From Dehalococcoidia bacterium (lineage in GTDB: Bacteria > Chloroflexota > Dehalococcoidia > UBA2979), in assembly GCA_965219085.1 (NCBI GenBank), contig OZ244720.1, positions 1,600,001 to 1,664,000 on the forward strand: a stretch of DNA of 64,000 nucleotides, in the 5' to 3' direction. Every line of letters starts with the position of its first letter. Positions within the stretch are counted from its first letter, which is position 1. The notes under the pieces are model-generated. The model made no database searches, had not been told where the DNA came from, and saw only the letters and a list, made by a program, of their open reading frames with translations. Below are positions 1-14,900 of this stretch, in pieces. Both the position numbers and the translations under genes were made by a program.

Positions 1-384
1 CACGATGCCGGAGCCGTGCTCGACGTTGGTGGTCACGATGGCGTCGGCCGAGGTGACCTCCAGGCCGTTCGTGATGATGTTGATGCCCTCGGTGGTGTTG
101 CCCATGATCGCGATCTCGTCGGGCGATGCGCCGCCGACGAGGCGACCCATCGTCTCGCGGTAGCGCGCGGCGAGGTCGAAGCGGTCGTCGAGCGCGTAAC
201 GCGTCGTCGAGCCGTGCATGAGTTCGAGGTCGAGGCGCTGCTGTACCGCTGCGTGGGTCGCGCGGCGCTTGGGCCCGGAGAAGCCCGAGTTCATGTACGC
301 GTACTCGACCATCGCGGGTGTGTCGTCGCGCCACGCCTGCCAGCGCTCGCTGCCGCCCATTACGTCGCAGTCGTCGTTCGTCAC
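1..384 (-). CDS. PLP-dependent aminotransferase class V (cysteine desulfurase-like), 5' part; runs off the window edge
   Basis: Not in ORF track; manual translation gives AYMNSGFSGP...DEIAIMGNTTEGINII...IVTTNVEHGS, typical class V motifs; GTG start with GAGGGGAG RBS. Confidence 0.8.
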   Translation of the reverse strand, partial: MTNDDCDVMGGSERWQAWRDDTPAMVEYAYMNSGFSGPKRRATHAAVQQRLDLELMHGSTTRYALDDRFDLAARYRETMGRLVGGASPDEIAIMGNTTEGINIITNGLEVTSADAIVTTNVEHGSGIV

Positions 385-456
385 GCGCGTCTCCCCTCGC
401 CGAAGTCTGTGATCGAGTCTACCGCGCGACGCCGCAGTGGGCCGCACCTGTGCCGA

Positions 457-1100
457 TGACCGGACCCCCTTCGCGAGACCACCGATTATGAGAGTCCAGC
501 GTGTTGCTGAGCCTCCCAGCGCTCGGCGTAGGCAGCCGGGGCGAGCCAGCCCAGGCTGCTATGCGGGCGCTGCGTGTTGTACTCGATCCGCCAGTCCTCG
601 ATGAGCACCTGCGCCTCGAGCAGGCTGTCGAACTGCTCGACGGCCAGGAACTCGTCGCGCAGCCGGCCGTTGAACGGCTCCACGTACGGGTTCTCCCACG
701 GCGCGCCGGGCTCGATGTAGCTGCTGCCCGTGCCGGAGAACCGGCACCAGTCACGCAGCGCGTTGGCCGTGAGCTCGGGCCCGTTGTCACAGCGGATGTA
801 CCCCGGCGCCGTCCCGCGCCCGGCGACGATCCGGTCGAGCGTCGCGGCGGTGGCGTCGGCGTTGATACGCCTGGCGGCCACCACCGCCAGCGCCTCCCGC
901 GTGTGCTCGTCGACGACGTTGAGCAGCTTCAGGACCCGCCCGTCCGCGGTCTGGTCGAACTGGAAGTCCAGCGCCCAGACGTGGTTCGGCCGCTCGGCCC
1001 GCAGCCTGGCGGCGGGCACCGCCGAGTCCCCCAGACGCTGACGCTTGCGGCGTTTCACCGGGACGCGCAGCCCCTCCTCACGCCAGAGCCGTTGCACCCG
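457..1100 (-). mobile_element. IS3-family element, right half only (truncated OrfB integrase core plus right end)
   Basis: RVQRLWREEGL...RPNHVWALDFQFD...DNGPE...PWENPYVEPFNG...YNTQRPHSSLG (rve DDE core), stop at 486; putative terminal IR starts TGACCGGACCCC at 457. Confidence 0.85.
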
Positions 1101-1746
1101 CATCCGCGAGGCGCGCTTCCCACGCCTCAAGTACCTCGCCGACTTCGGCCTGGAGGCGGCGCCGACCGTCGACCCGGCGCTGCTCGCCGCACTCGAACGC
1201 GGCGAGTGGATCGCCCAGCGCGAGCCCGTCGTGCTGCTCGGCGACAGCGGTACCGGCAAGTCGCACCTGCTGATCGGCCTCGGCATGGCCGCCTGCCAGC
1301 GCGGGCTGCGGGTGCGCTACACGACGGCGGCCGCGCTCGTGAACGAACTGGCCGAGGCGGCCGACGAGCGCACTCTCTCGCGCCTGGTCGCCCGCTACGG
1401 GCGGCTCGACCTGCTGTGCCTCGACGAGTTCGGCGACGTCCACCTCGACCCGCGCGGCGCCGAGTTGCTCTTCCAGATCCTGACCGAGCGCGAGGAGCGG
1501 GCCTCGGTGGCGGTCGCCTCCAGCGCCCCCTTCTCGGAGTGGGGCCGCACCTTCACCCACGCCCCCTCGCCGCCGCGGTCATCGACCGCCTCACCTTCCG
1601 CGCCCACATCATCCAGACCGGAACCGAGTCCTACCGGCTGCGGATCACCACCGCTGCGAAGGGAGGTGCGCAGACCAACTGATCACACCCCCGGAGGTAG
1701 GGCCCAAACCGATCATCAGGGTGGGGCCGAGTCTGGTCATCCCCAC
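1099..1746 (+). mobile_element. istB: IS21-family element, right part (5'-truncated, frameshifted istB ATPase plus terminal repeats)
   Basis: ARFP...GDSGTGKSHL (Walker A)...LLCLDEFG (Walker B); frameshift near 1565, continuing LAAAVIDRLTFRAHIIQTGTESYR to stop 1682; repeated GT(A/G)GGGCC motifs at about 1697-1730. Confidence 0.85.
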
Positions 1747-2099
1747 CCGTAACGTCTCCACCCCGGAAAGGCGTGATCCAAGCAGGCTACATCGGTAGTC
1801 ACGGAGGGGATGGTCTCGCCGAAGGGGTATTCGCGGATCTGCCGCTCGCCGGAGATGTCGAGTGGCGAAGAATGGCTGTGCGTTATCCCTAACCTCGTTT
1901 GGGCGGACACGTCGCACCAGTGTGTGTGTTCGAAGTAGGCGTGCTCGATGTCCGTGAAGACCAGGACGGCGAGGAGGATGGACGCGCTTGCGAGGCCGAC
2001 GCTGATGACCCTCTTGGGGGTCAAGAGGCGCCTTGCTGCGGAACCGGCTCGTTCGAGGCTCTTGGCTCGCTCCTCAGCGAGACGTTGCTCGATGCGCAT
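1737..2099 (-). CDS. Hypothetical protein with one TM segment, probably 3'-truncated by the IS21 end
   Basis: Hydrophobic VISVGLASASILLAVLVF; stop codon falls inside the IS21 terminal sequence. Confidence 0.4.
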   Translation of the reverse strand: MRIEQRLAEERAKSLERAGSAARRLLTPKRVISVGLASASILLAVLVFTDIEHAYFEHTHWCDVSAQTRLGITHSHSSPLDISGERQIREYPFGETIPSVTTDVACLDHAFPGWRRYGWG

Positions 2100-2353
2100 G
2101 CTCTCTTCGCGCTTGCGCGCATCGACGTGGAATGCTTCTGGCGCAGGCACGTGGGTGCTCCCCCCGGCCGCCGTGGCTCGATAGAGTCGGATCGTACTAC
2201 TTCACCACCAGTCCACCAGAGCGCAGGCTCCGCCAGGTGCCCCCTTGCTGGCTCTGGGAGCGGAGCGCTCACCGCAAGCAAGCCGGCCTGACCGGGCGCG
2301 GCGGCCGGTCCGGCGGCGTAGCTGACTCTCGACCATGCCGGCCCGGGCAAGCG

Positions 2354-2377
2354 AGAGGCCCCCGTGAGGGGGCCTCT
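2354..2377 (-). terminator. Hairpin downstream of glnA (probable intrinsic terminator)
   Basis: AGAGGCCCCC-GTGA-GGGGGCCTCT perfect 10-bp stem; no strong U-tract. Confidence 0.6.
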
Positions 2378-2400
2378 GCGTGTGCCCGGACGAGCGACCG

Positions 2401-3825
2401 TTAGTCGTTGAAGTACATCTCGTACTCGAACGGGGTGGGGCGCTGGGCCTGTTCGGCCACCTCGGAGCGCTTGAACTCGAGCCAGGTGTCGAGCACGTCT
2501 TGCGTGAAGACGCCGCCCTGCAGCAGGTAGTCGTGGTCGGCTTCCAGTGCGTCGAGCGCCTCGCCGAGGTTGCCCGGCACCTGTGGGAGGCCCATGGCCT
2601 CCTCGGTCGGCAGGTCGTAGATGTTGCGGTCCAGCGGGTCGCCGGGGTCGATCTGGTTCTGGATGCCGTCCAGGCCGGCCATCAGCATCGCCGAGAACGC
2701 GAGGTAGCAGTTCGCGCTCGGGTCCGGCGGGCGGAACTCGATGCGGGTGGTCTCCGCCCAGTCCGGCATGCCGATGCGGTAGGTGGAGATGCGGATCGCG
2801 GCGGAGCGGTTGCGCATCGAGTAGACGAGGTTCACGGGCGCCTCGAAGCCCGGTACCAGTCGCTTGTACGAGTTGGTCGTCGGCGCGGCGAACGCGAGCA
2901 CGCTGTGTGCGTGGCGGAGCAGGCCGCCCGTGTACCAGCGCGCGAGCTGCGAGAGGCCGGCGTAGCCGTCGGCGTCGAAAAAGAGCGGCACGCCGTCCTT
3001 CCACAGCGACTGGTGCGTGTGCATCCCCGAGCCGTTGTCGCCGTAGATCGGCTTCGGCATGAAGGTCGCGACCTTGCCGTCCTGGCGGGCGATGTTGCGG
3101 ACCAGGTACTTGTACCACTGGGCCACGTCGGCCTGCCTGACGAGGGTGTTCTTGCCCACGCCGATCTCGGCCTGGCCGGCCGTCGCCACCTCGTGGTGGT
3201 CGACGAAGGTGTCGATGCCGCAGTTGTTCATGGCCGTGACGATCTCGGCGCGCAGGTCGGCGGTGTCATCGAATGGCGGAAGCGGCGCGTAGCCCTCCTT
3301 GCCGGGGATCTTGTAGCCGAGGTTCGGTGCGTCGCCGGAGCCGGAGTTCCAGTGCGCCTCGACCGAGTCGATCTCGTAGTAGGCCGACTGCGGAGTCTGC
3401 TGGTAGCGGACGTCGTCGAAGAGGAAGAACTCGAGCTCGGGGCCGAAGAACGCCTCGTCGGCGATGCCCGTGGACTTCATGTACTCCTCGGCCTTGACCG
3501 CGACGTTGCGCGGGTCACGCGAGTAGCGGTCGCGCGTGACGGTGTCGATGACGCCGCACACGAGCGCGAGGGTCGGCTGGGCCGGGATGGGGTCGATGAC
3601 GGCGGACTCGATGTCCGGGACGAGCAGCATGTCGGACTCGTGGATCTCCTGGAACCCGCGCAGGCTCGAGCCGTCGAAGCCGTTGCCGTTCGCGAACAGG
3701 TCCTCGTCGAGCGCCTTCGGCGGGATCGTGAAGTGGTTCCAGCGGCCGAGCAGGTCCGTCACGCGCAGATCGACGCGCATGATGTTGTTCTGCTGTACCA
3801 GTGCCGTCAGCTCCTGCAGGTTCAA
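2401..3825 (-). CDS. glnA: Glutamine synthetase type I
   Basis: FDGSS, GPELEFF, HHEVATAGQAEI, TFMPKP..GDNGSGMHTHQSLW, RIEFR motifs; NIYDLP adenylylation-loop motif. Confidence 0.97.
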   Translation of the reverse strand: MNLQELTALVQQNNIMRVDLRVTDLLGRWNHFTIPPKALDEDLFANGNGFDGSSLRGFQEIHESDMLLVPDIESAVIDPIPAQPTLALVCGVIDTVTRDRYSRDPRNVAVKAEEYMKSTGIADEAFFGPELEFFLFDDVRYQQTPQSAYYEIDSVEAHWNSGSGDAPNLGYKIPGKEGYAPLPPFDDTADLRAEIVTAMNNCGIDTFVDHHEVATAGQAEIGVGKNTLVRQADVAQWYKYLVRNIARQDGKVATFMPKPIYGDNGSGMHTHQSLWKDGVPLFFDADGYAGLSQLARWYTGGLLRHAHSVLAFAAPTTNSYKRLVPGFEAPVNLVYSMRNRSAAIRISTYRIGMPDWAETTRIEFRPPDPSANCYLAFSAMLMAGLDGIQNQIDPGDPLDRNIYDLPTEEAMGLPQVPGNLGEALDALEADHDYLLQGGVFTQDVLDTWLEFKRSEVAEQAQRPTPFEYEMYFND

Positions 3826-3949
3826 GCGCTGCCTCCCTCTTCCCGGCGGCCCCTTCCGGCGGCCGCACCGTGGACTTGTGTACTACCGATATTGCACCGT
3901 GCGGCGCGCGTGATCACGCGCCGCTACGGATGCAGGCTATGGGTGCGCT

Positions 3950-3987
3950 ATTACCGCCGGATTACCCGGTTGTTACCGCTATGTTTC
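3950..3987 (-). promoter_or_regulatory. GlnR-type operator: four pentamers at 11-bp spacing upstream of glnA
   Basis: Minus strand reads GAAAC-n6-GTAAC-n6-GTAAT-n6-GTAAT. Confidence 0.75.
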
Positions 3988-4050
3988 AAGCTCCACACAC
4001 GTCCGAGGCGCCTCGGGAGGTGGGATCGCGCCCGGCCGGCCCGGCACGGC

Positions 4051-4731
4051 TCAGGCCGGCGGGTTCACCTCGACGAAGCGGTAGCCCACGTTGCGCACGG
4101 TCTCGATGTACGGCTCGTGGAGCTCGATCTTGGCGCGGATGCGCCGCACGTGGACGTCGACGGTGCGCGATCCGCCGTAGTAGTCGTAGCCCCACACATG
4201 GTTGAGCAGCATCTCGCGCGTGAACGCCTTGCCCGGATTGAGCGCGAGGAACCGCAGCAACTCGTACTCCTTGTAGGTGAGGTCGACGACCTCCCCGCCG
4301 AGCCGCACGGTGTAGCGGTCCTGGTCGATCGCGAGCTCGGCACGCCGCAACACGCCCGTCTCGATCGCCGCACCGACCGAGCCGAGGATGCGCTCCACGC
4401 GCAAGCGCAGCTCATCCGGGTCGAAGGGCGGCACGATCAGGTCGCTGACGGGCACGCCGGCGCCCACGAGGTGGAACTGCATCGGCGTCGCGATCGCGAG
4501 CAGCGCCGTGTCGCCCTCGAGCTGCGGGTCGCGCATGAGCGCGGCGAACCCGCCCATGGTCAGCCCGAGGTTGAGGTCGACGCAGAAGACGCGCGGCGGA
4601 TCCTCGCGCATGGCGATCAGGCCGCGCTCGAGGGTGGGCTCGCAGCGCAGTTCGTACGCGCCGTCGCGGAACGCCGCCTCGGCGGCGTCGGTGAACGCGC
4701 GCGAGTCACTGACCATCAGTACCTTCGGCAC
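4051..4731 (-). CDS. Orphan OmpR-family response regulator, GlnR-like
   Basis: wHTH DLTYKEYELLRFLA...VWGYDYYGGSRTVDVHVRRIRAK...TVRNVGYRF; atypical receiver; no adjacent kinase; directly upstream of glnA. Confidence 0.85.
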   Translation of the reverse strand: MPKVLMVSDSRAFTDAAEAAFRDGAYELRCEPTLERGLIAMREDPPRVFCVDLNLGLTMGGFAALMRDPQLEGDTALLAIATPMQFHLVGAGVPVSDLIVPPFDPDELRLRVERILGSVGAAIETGVLRRAELAIDQDRYTVRLGGEVVDLTYKEYELLRFLALNPGKAFTREMLLNHVWGYDYYGGSRTVDVHVRRIRAKIELHEPYIETVRNVGYRFVEVNPPA

Positions 4732-4901
4732 CGGTGCAGTGTAGGGAATCAGACGCGCGATATGCGAGGGGTCGCGGGGGTCGGCTGGTTACGTCGACTA
4801 TCGCGGCTCCCGGCAGGCGTTGCTACAATCCGTGGCCCACCCGCCGTGACGGACAGCCCGCACGTCCACGAGCGCAGCTGTGCCGAGGAGTACGCCTCTC
4901 C

Positions 4902-6113
4902 ATGCACGTTGTCGAAGCGGTGGACCTCACCAAGGTCTACCACAATCGCTACATCGCGCTGAACGCGCTCGACCTCCAGGTCGACAAAGGGATGGTGTAT
5001 GGGCTCGTGGGTCCGAACGGCGCCGGTAAGTCCACCACGTTCCGCATCATGCTGGGCCTGCAGCGCCCCACGGCGGGCGAGGTGCGCGTGTTCGGGGAGC
5101 CGATGAGTCCGCAGCGCGCGGACCTCCGACGCCGCATCGGCTTCCTCCCGACGAACCCCTCGCTCCCACGCGAGATGACGCCGATCACGTACCTGCGGTT
5201 CGTCGGCAAGCTCCTCGGCATGGACCGGGCCGAGGTCATGATCCGCCTCTCGACCCTCCTGCAGGTCGTCGACCTGGTTTCCGCCGGCTCCCAGCGCATC
5301 GACGAGCTGTCCACCGGCATGGTGACGCGTCTCGCGATCGCCGCCGCACTCATGAATGACCCCGAGCTGCTGATCTTCGACGAGCCGACCTCAGGCCTCG
5401 ACCCGTCCGGCCGCCGCCAGACGATCGAGCTGATCCGCGAGCTCTCGGGCCACGACCGCACGATCATCATCGCGACGCACATCCTCAGCGACGTCGAGCG
5501 GCTCTGCACGGATATCGGGATCATCTCGGAGGGCCGGATCATCTATCACGGCCCCATGGCCGAGATGCGCCGGCTCGTGCGCCAGCGCACCATCTCCGTC
5601 GAAGTCGAGGGCAACCTCATGCGCTTCGAACAGCAGCTCCCGGAGCTCGACACCTTCGGAATGGTCCGAGCCGAGCGCATCGGGTCGGAGTTCCGCATCA
5701 GCTTCCTCGGTGCTGAGCCGATCCCGGCCTACGTGCAGCGCGTGCTCGACCTCGTGAAGCGTACCGGCGTGGAACTGCTGCACCTCGACACCGGCGCCCA
5801 CGAGATCGAGGAAGCCTTCCTGCGACGCCTCGAGGAGGACCGTGCGACCAGCTTTGTGCGTGCATCGGCGTGGACGGCGGCGCAGAAGCTGGCGCTCCCT
5901 CCGGGCAAGCCCCGCAACGGCAGCGCCGTCGAGGTGATCAGCGAGGCCCTGCCCCCGGCCGGCGCCGGCACTGCCGACACCGCGGCCGATCCCGACCATG
6001 GCGACCTCGATATCGCTCCCGACGGCGCCGGGCAACACGCGTACGCCGGCGACGACGGCGATACGGAAGCGGAGGGACGGGATGCAGGCGTACGTCGCCC
6101 TGGTACGCCGTGA
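4902..6113 (+). CDS. ABC-2 type transporter ATP-binding protein
   Basis: GPNGAGKST Walker A, LSTGM signature variant, LLIFDEPTSGLDP, H-loop ATH. Confidence 0.92.
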   Translation: MHVVEAVDLTKVYHNRYIALNALDLQVDKGMVYGLVGPNGAGKSTTFRIMLGLQRPTAGEVRVFGEPMSPQRADLRRRIGFLPTNPSLPREMTPITYLRFVGKLLGMDRAEVMIRLSTLLQVVDLVSAGSQRIDELSTGMVTRLAIAAALMNDPELLIFDEPTSGLDPSGRRQTIELIRELSGHDRTIIIATHILSDVERLCTDIGIISEGRIIYHGPMAEMRRLVRQRTISVEVEGNLMRFEQQLPELDTFGMVRAERIGSEFRISFLGAEPIPAYVQRVLDLVKRTGVELLHLDTGAHEIEEAFLRRLEEDRATSFVRASAWTAAQKLALPPGKPRNGSAVEVISEALPPAGAGTADTAADPDHGDLDIAPDGAGQHAYAGDDGDTEAEGRDAGVRRPGTP

Positions 6114-6801
6114 CCTGGAGCAGCTGATCGGCTCCTGGCTGCTGCGCGGCTGGGTCGTCTTGCTGGCGGGGCCGGCGGCGTTCCTGGTAGTGGTGGCCGC
6201 ACGCGAGGATGAGTTGGCCTCCGAGACGCTCGCGGCGTACGTCGCGGCGGTCCTCGCTCCGCTGTCGTGGATCGTGATCTCGGTCCTCGGCGGGACCGCG
6301 GTGAGCGGCGAGGCGGGCACGATCGCGGATGCGATCCTGTCGAAGTCGGTGACGCGCAGCGAGTATATCTGGGCGAAGATCACGAGTCGCCTGGTGGTCT
6401 TCATGAGCATCTACTGCGCCGTCATCATCCCTTTCGCGTACCTGATCGAGCGCTATGCGATCTCGAACGACACGTCACTCGAGGGGGTGGTGAGCGGCGT
6501 CGTGATGGTGGGTGTCCTGCTCGTGTTCCTCACGTCGTTCGGAATTGCGCTGTCCACGGTGTTCCGTAACTCGCAGTTCGCCGTCGTGGCCGCGTTGCTC
6601 ACGGTGGCGGTGTCGGGGGCGGTGCTGCAGTTCCTCGGGCTGAAGTGGATGAGCACGACCGCCGTCATCGGCGGCTTGCCCGAGACGTTCCGGGGCGAGA
6701 CGCCGCTCACCGACATGGTGCGCGTCCTGATCGTGTTCGCCGCGCTGAGCGCGGCCGCCATCGCCTCGGGCGTGTGGGTGTTCGAGCGAAGGGACCTTTG
6801 A
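6082..6801 (+). CDS. ABC-2 type transporter permease
   Basis: About 6 TM segments, EAGTI...ILSKSVTRSEYIWAK motif, C-terminal FERRDL. Confidence 0.85.
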   Translation: MQAYVALVRRDLEQLIGSWLLRGWVVLLAGPAAFLVVVAAREDELASETLAAYVAAVLAPLSWIVISVLGGTAVSGEAGTIADAILSKSVTRSEYIWAKITSRLVVFMSIYCAVIIPFAYLIERYAISNDTSLEGVVSGVVMVGVLLVFLTSFGIALSTVFRNSQFAVVAALLTVAVSGAVLQFLGLKWMSTTAVIGGLPETFRGETPLTDMVRVLIVFAALSAAAIASGVWVFERRDL

Positions 6802-7136
6802 TGCGCGACCGTCGCGGCGCCGGGCTGCTCTACACCACCGAGGTGACCCGCACGGACCTCGGGCGGCACGCGGGACGCCTGCTGCGAGGCCGGGCCGAGC
6901 GGCGCACACTGCGGATCGCGCTCGGCGCGCGGCGCGGGTTGCGGCTCTACGGCGGCCGGCTGCGCCCGGTGGCGATCGAGGTGACCGGAGAGGACGACCG
7001 CCGCTACGAGGCGCCGATCCCCGAGACCCCGGACCCACGCCTGGTCACGGCACGCCGCGTGATCGCCTGCTGGATGATCGCGGCCGCGGTGCTCGGCGTC
7101 GCCAGGCTGCTGCGCGCGAGGGCGGCTGCGTCGTGA
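6801..7136 (+). CDS. Hypothetical protein with C-terminal TM segment
   Basis: ATG overlaps the permease stop; stop overlaps next start. Confidence 0.55.
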   Translation: MRDRRGAGLLYTTEVTRTDLGRHAGRLLRGRAERRTLRIALGARRGLRLYGGRLRPVAIEVTGEDDRRYEAPIPETPDPRLVTARRVIACWMIAAAVLGVARLLRARAAAS

Positions 7137-7519
7137 CTGCCGGCGCGCCCGACGTACGCGGCGAGGGTATGGACGAACTCGCCTCGATCCCCGGGCGCGT
7201 GACGGCGGCGGCGTGCTTCGGCGAAGCGCAGGCCGTTGGGGACCAGGTGGTGATTCCGGTTGCCGAGGTCGTGTACGGCCTCGGATTCGGCTACGGCTAC
7301 GACGGCAACGAGGGTGCGAGCGAGAACGCGCGAGCGGGCGGCGGCGGAGGCGGCGGGGGCGGACGTGCGCGCGCCGTCGCGGTGATTCGCGTCTCGCCGG
7401 ACGGCGTCGAGGTCCACCCCGTCCGCGACGAGACGGCCATCACGCTAGCGGGTATTGCGTCCGCGTTCGCCGCGACGGTGATCGTGGTGCGCACGCTGAG
7501 GAAGCTGATCCGCGGGTAG
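7133..7519 (+). CDS. GerW/YtfJ-family protein
   Basis: FGEAQAVGDQVVIPVAEV.YGLGFGYG...GGGGGGG...AVAVIRV. Confidence 0.8.
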   Translation: MTAGAPDVRGEGMDELASIPGRVTAAACFGEAQAVGDQVVIPVAEVVYGLGFGYGYDGNEGASENARAGGGGGGGGGRARAVAVIRVSPDGVEVHPVRDETAITLAGIASAFAATVIVVRTLRKLIRG

Positions 7520-7540
7520 GAGTGCTCCGCATCGGAACGC

Positions 7541-7578
7541 ACGACGAAGGGGAGCCCCCGGGGGCTCCCCTTCGTTGT
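7541..7578. terminator. Hairpin between convergent gerW-like gene and rpoC (bidirectional terminator)
   Basis: ACGACGAAGGGGAGCCCC-CG-GGGGCTCCCCTTCGTTGT inverted repeat. Confidence 0.75.
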
Positions 7579-7611
7579 GTCGGCTGGCGGGGCAGCGCCC
7601 CGCCGCCGATC

Positions 7612-11962
<4,351 letters not shown>

Positions 11963-11970
<8 letters not shown>

Positions 11971-14900
11971 TCGTGCTCTCCTCTGCCTCGCGCCCGGACA
12001 GGTTGATGCCGAGCGACGGGATCGCCTCGATGTAGTCCTCCGAGAACGCGACCTGTTCCTCGTCCTCGTTGAGGATTTCCACGCTCATGCAGAGCGATTG
12101 GAGCTCCTTGACCAGCACCTTGAAGGACTCCGGCACGCCGGGCTCCATGGTGTTCTCGCCCTTGACGATCGCCTCGTAGGCCTTCACGCGGCCCACGACA
12201 TCGTCGGACTTCACGGTCAGCATCTCCTGGAGGATGTGCGCCGCGCCGTAGGCTTCCAGCGCCCACACCTCCATCTCGCCGAAGCGCTGCCCGCCGAACT
12301 GTGCCTTGCCGCCCAGCGGCTGCTGCGTGATCAGCGAGTACGGCCCCGTCGAGCGGGCGTGGATCTTGTCCTCCACCAGGTGGACGAGCTTGAGCATGTA
12401 GATGTAGCCGACGGTCACCGGCTGGTCGAACGGCTCGCCCGTGCGGCCGTCGTAGAGGGTCTGCTTGCCCCACACCGGCGGCGCCTCGCCCGAGTCGCGG
12501 GCGACGACGCTGATGCGCTTGTTGAGCGCGACATCGTCCACCCCGCGCGCATCGCGCTCGCCGCGCTGCTCCAGCCACAGCGTGAGGCAGGCCTTGCGGG
12601 CGGCGCCCACGTGCTGGTGGCTGAGCACCTCGTCCGGATCGAAGCCACCCTCGCGCACGTACGCTTCGAGCTTCCCGAAATCGAGCCGCGCACCGAGGTC
12701 GCTGGGGCTGCCGGCGCCTTGCCCGTTGCCGTGAGAGGCCACGGAGCCGTCCGGCAGCAGCGCCTCGGCCTGCATCGCCAGCCAGGCGCGGGCCAGCGCG
12801 TCCTCGATCTCGGCGTCGGATGCGCCGTCGAAGACCGGGGTCACGGCACGCATGCCGAGCGTGTTCGCGGCCCACCCGAGGTGGGTCTCCAACACCTGCC
12901 CGACGTTCATGCGCGACGGCACGCCGATCGGGTTCAGCACGATCTCGATCGGCCGCCCGTCGGCGAGGTACGGCATGTCCTCGATGGGGGTGATGCGGCT
13001 GACCACGCCCTTGTTGCCGTGGCGGCCGGCCATCTTGTCGCCCTCGGCGATCTTGCGCTTCTGCGCGACGGAGACGCGCACCATCATGTTCACGTCGGTC
13101 GGCAGTTCGTCGTCGGCGGTGCGCTCGAAGACGCGCACATCGATCACCTTGCCGCGTTCGCCGTGTGGGACGCGCAGCGAGGTGTCCTTCACCTCGCGCG
13201 CCTTCTCACCGAAGATCGCGCGCAGCAGCTTCTCCTCTGGCGTGAGCTCGGTCTCGCCCTTCGGCGTGATCTTGCCGACCAGGATGTCGCCCTCGCGCAC
13301 CTCCGCACCGACGCGGATGATGCCGCGCGGATCGAGGTCACGGAGCGACTCGTCGCCGACGTTCGGGATGTCGCGCGTGATCTCCTCGGGGCCCAGCTTC
13401 GTGTCGCGCGCTTCGACCTCGTACTTCTCGATGTGGATCGAGGTGAACTTGTCGTCGCGGATGATGCTCTCCGAGAGCACGATCGCGTCCTCGAAGTTGA
13501 GGCCCTCCCACGACATGAAGGCGACGAGCACCGACTGGCCGAGCGCCAGTTCACCGTTCTGCGTCGACGAGGAGTCGACGAGCGGCTGGCCCGGCGCCAC
13601 GCGGTCGCCCCTGGCGACGATCGGGCGCTGGCTGATGCACGTGCCCTGGTTGGAGCGCACGAACTTGCTGAGCGGGTAGCGCTCCTCGCGGCCGGACGCG
13701 TAGCGGACCGTGATGAAGTTGGCCGACGAGGACAGCACCTCGCCGTCCTCCTCGGCGGACAGCACCTGGCCCGAGTTCAGCGCGACCTGGCGCTCCATGC
13801 CGGTGCCGACGAGCGGCACCTCCGGGCGCAACAGCGGCACGGCCTGGCGCTGCATGTTCGCGCCCATGAGCGCGCGGTTTGCGTCGTCGTGCTCCAGGAA
13901 CGGGATCAGCGCCGCCGCCACGGAGACGATCTGCTTGGGCGACACGTCGATGAAGTCGACCTCGTTCGAGGTCACCATGCGCAGGCGCTCGGCGTGGCGC
14001 ACCTCAAGCCGGTCGTCCAGGAGGTTGCCCTCGTCGTCCAGCCGCGTGCTCGCCTCCGCGATGCGGTAGTCCTTCTCGGTGTCGGCGTCCAGGTACTGCG
14101 TCTCGCGCGAGGCAAACGGGCGCACGACCAGGCGGTCGTGGCCGGCGGCCGCGAGCGCCGCCGCCAGCTCCTCGGTGACGAGGTCGCCGGCACCCGCGAT
14201 GACCGTACCGGCATTGTCCGTGACGTCGGCTGCCAGCACGCGGCCGACGAACTCCGGGCTCGCCTTGCCGACCTCGCTGCGCACGGGGCGGTACGGGGTC
14301 TCGATGAAGCCGAAGTCGTTGATGCGGCCGTAGGTGGCGAGGTTGCCGATGAGGCCGATGTTCGGACCCTCGGGCGTCTCGATGGGGCAGATGCGGCCGT
14401 AGTGGCTGAAGTGCACGTCGCGCACGTCGAAGCCGGCGCGGTCGCGGGAGAGGCCGCCGGGGCCGAGGGCGGAGAGCCGCCGCTTGTGGGCGAGCTCGGC
14501 GAGGGGGTTGGTCTGGTCCATGAACTGCGAGAGCTGGGAGCCGCCGAAGAACTCCTTCATCGCCGCCACCACGGGCCGCACGTTGACGAGCGCCGAGGGC
14601 GTCGCCTCGTCGGGGTCGGTGATGGTCATGCGCTCGCGCACGACGCGCTCCATGCGGAGCAGGCCGACGCGGAACTGGTTCTGGATCAGCTCGCCCACGG
14701 ACCGCACGCGGCGGTTGCCGAGGTGGTCGATGTCGTCGGGCTCGCCGACGTGGTTGTTGATCTCGATCATCTTGCGGACGATCGCGATGATGTCCTCGCT
14801 GCGCAGCGTGCGCTCCTCCGGGTCGTCGGGGAACATGAGGCGCTTGTTGACCTTGTAGCGGCCGACGCGGCCGAGGTCGTAGCGGCGCTCACCGAAGAAC

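Noticed and set aside
486-1286. 266-aa ORF as an intact transposase
   Set aside because: Its N-terminal part is the antisense of istB; only the IS3 portion below about 1100 is genuine
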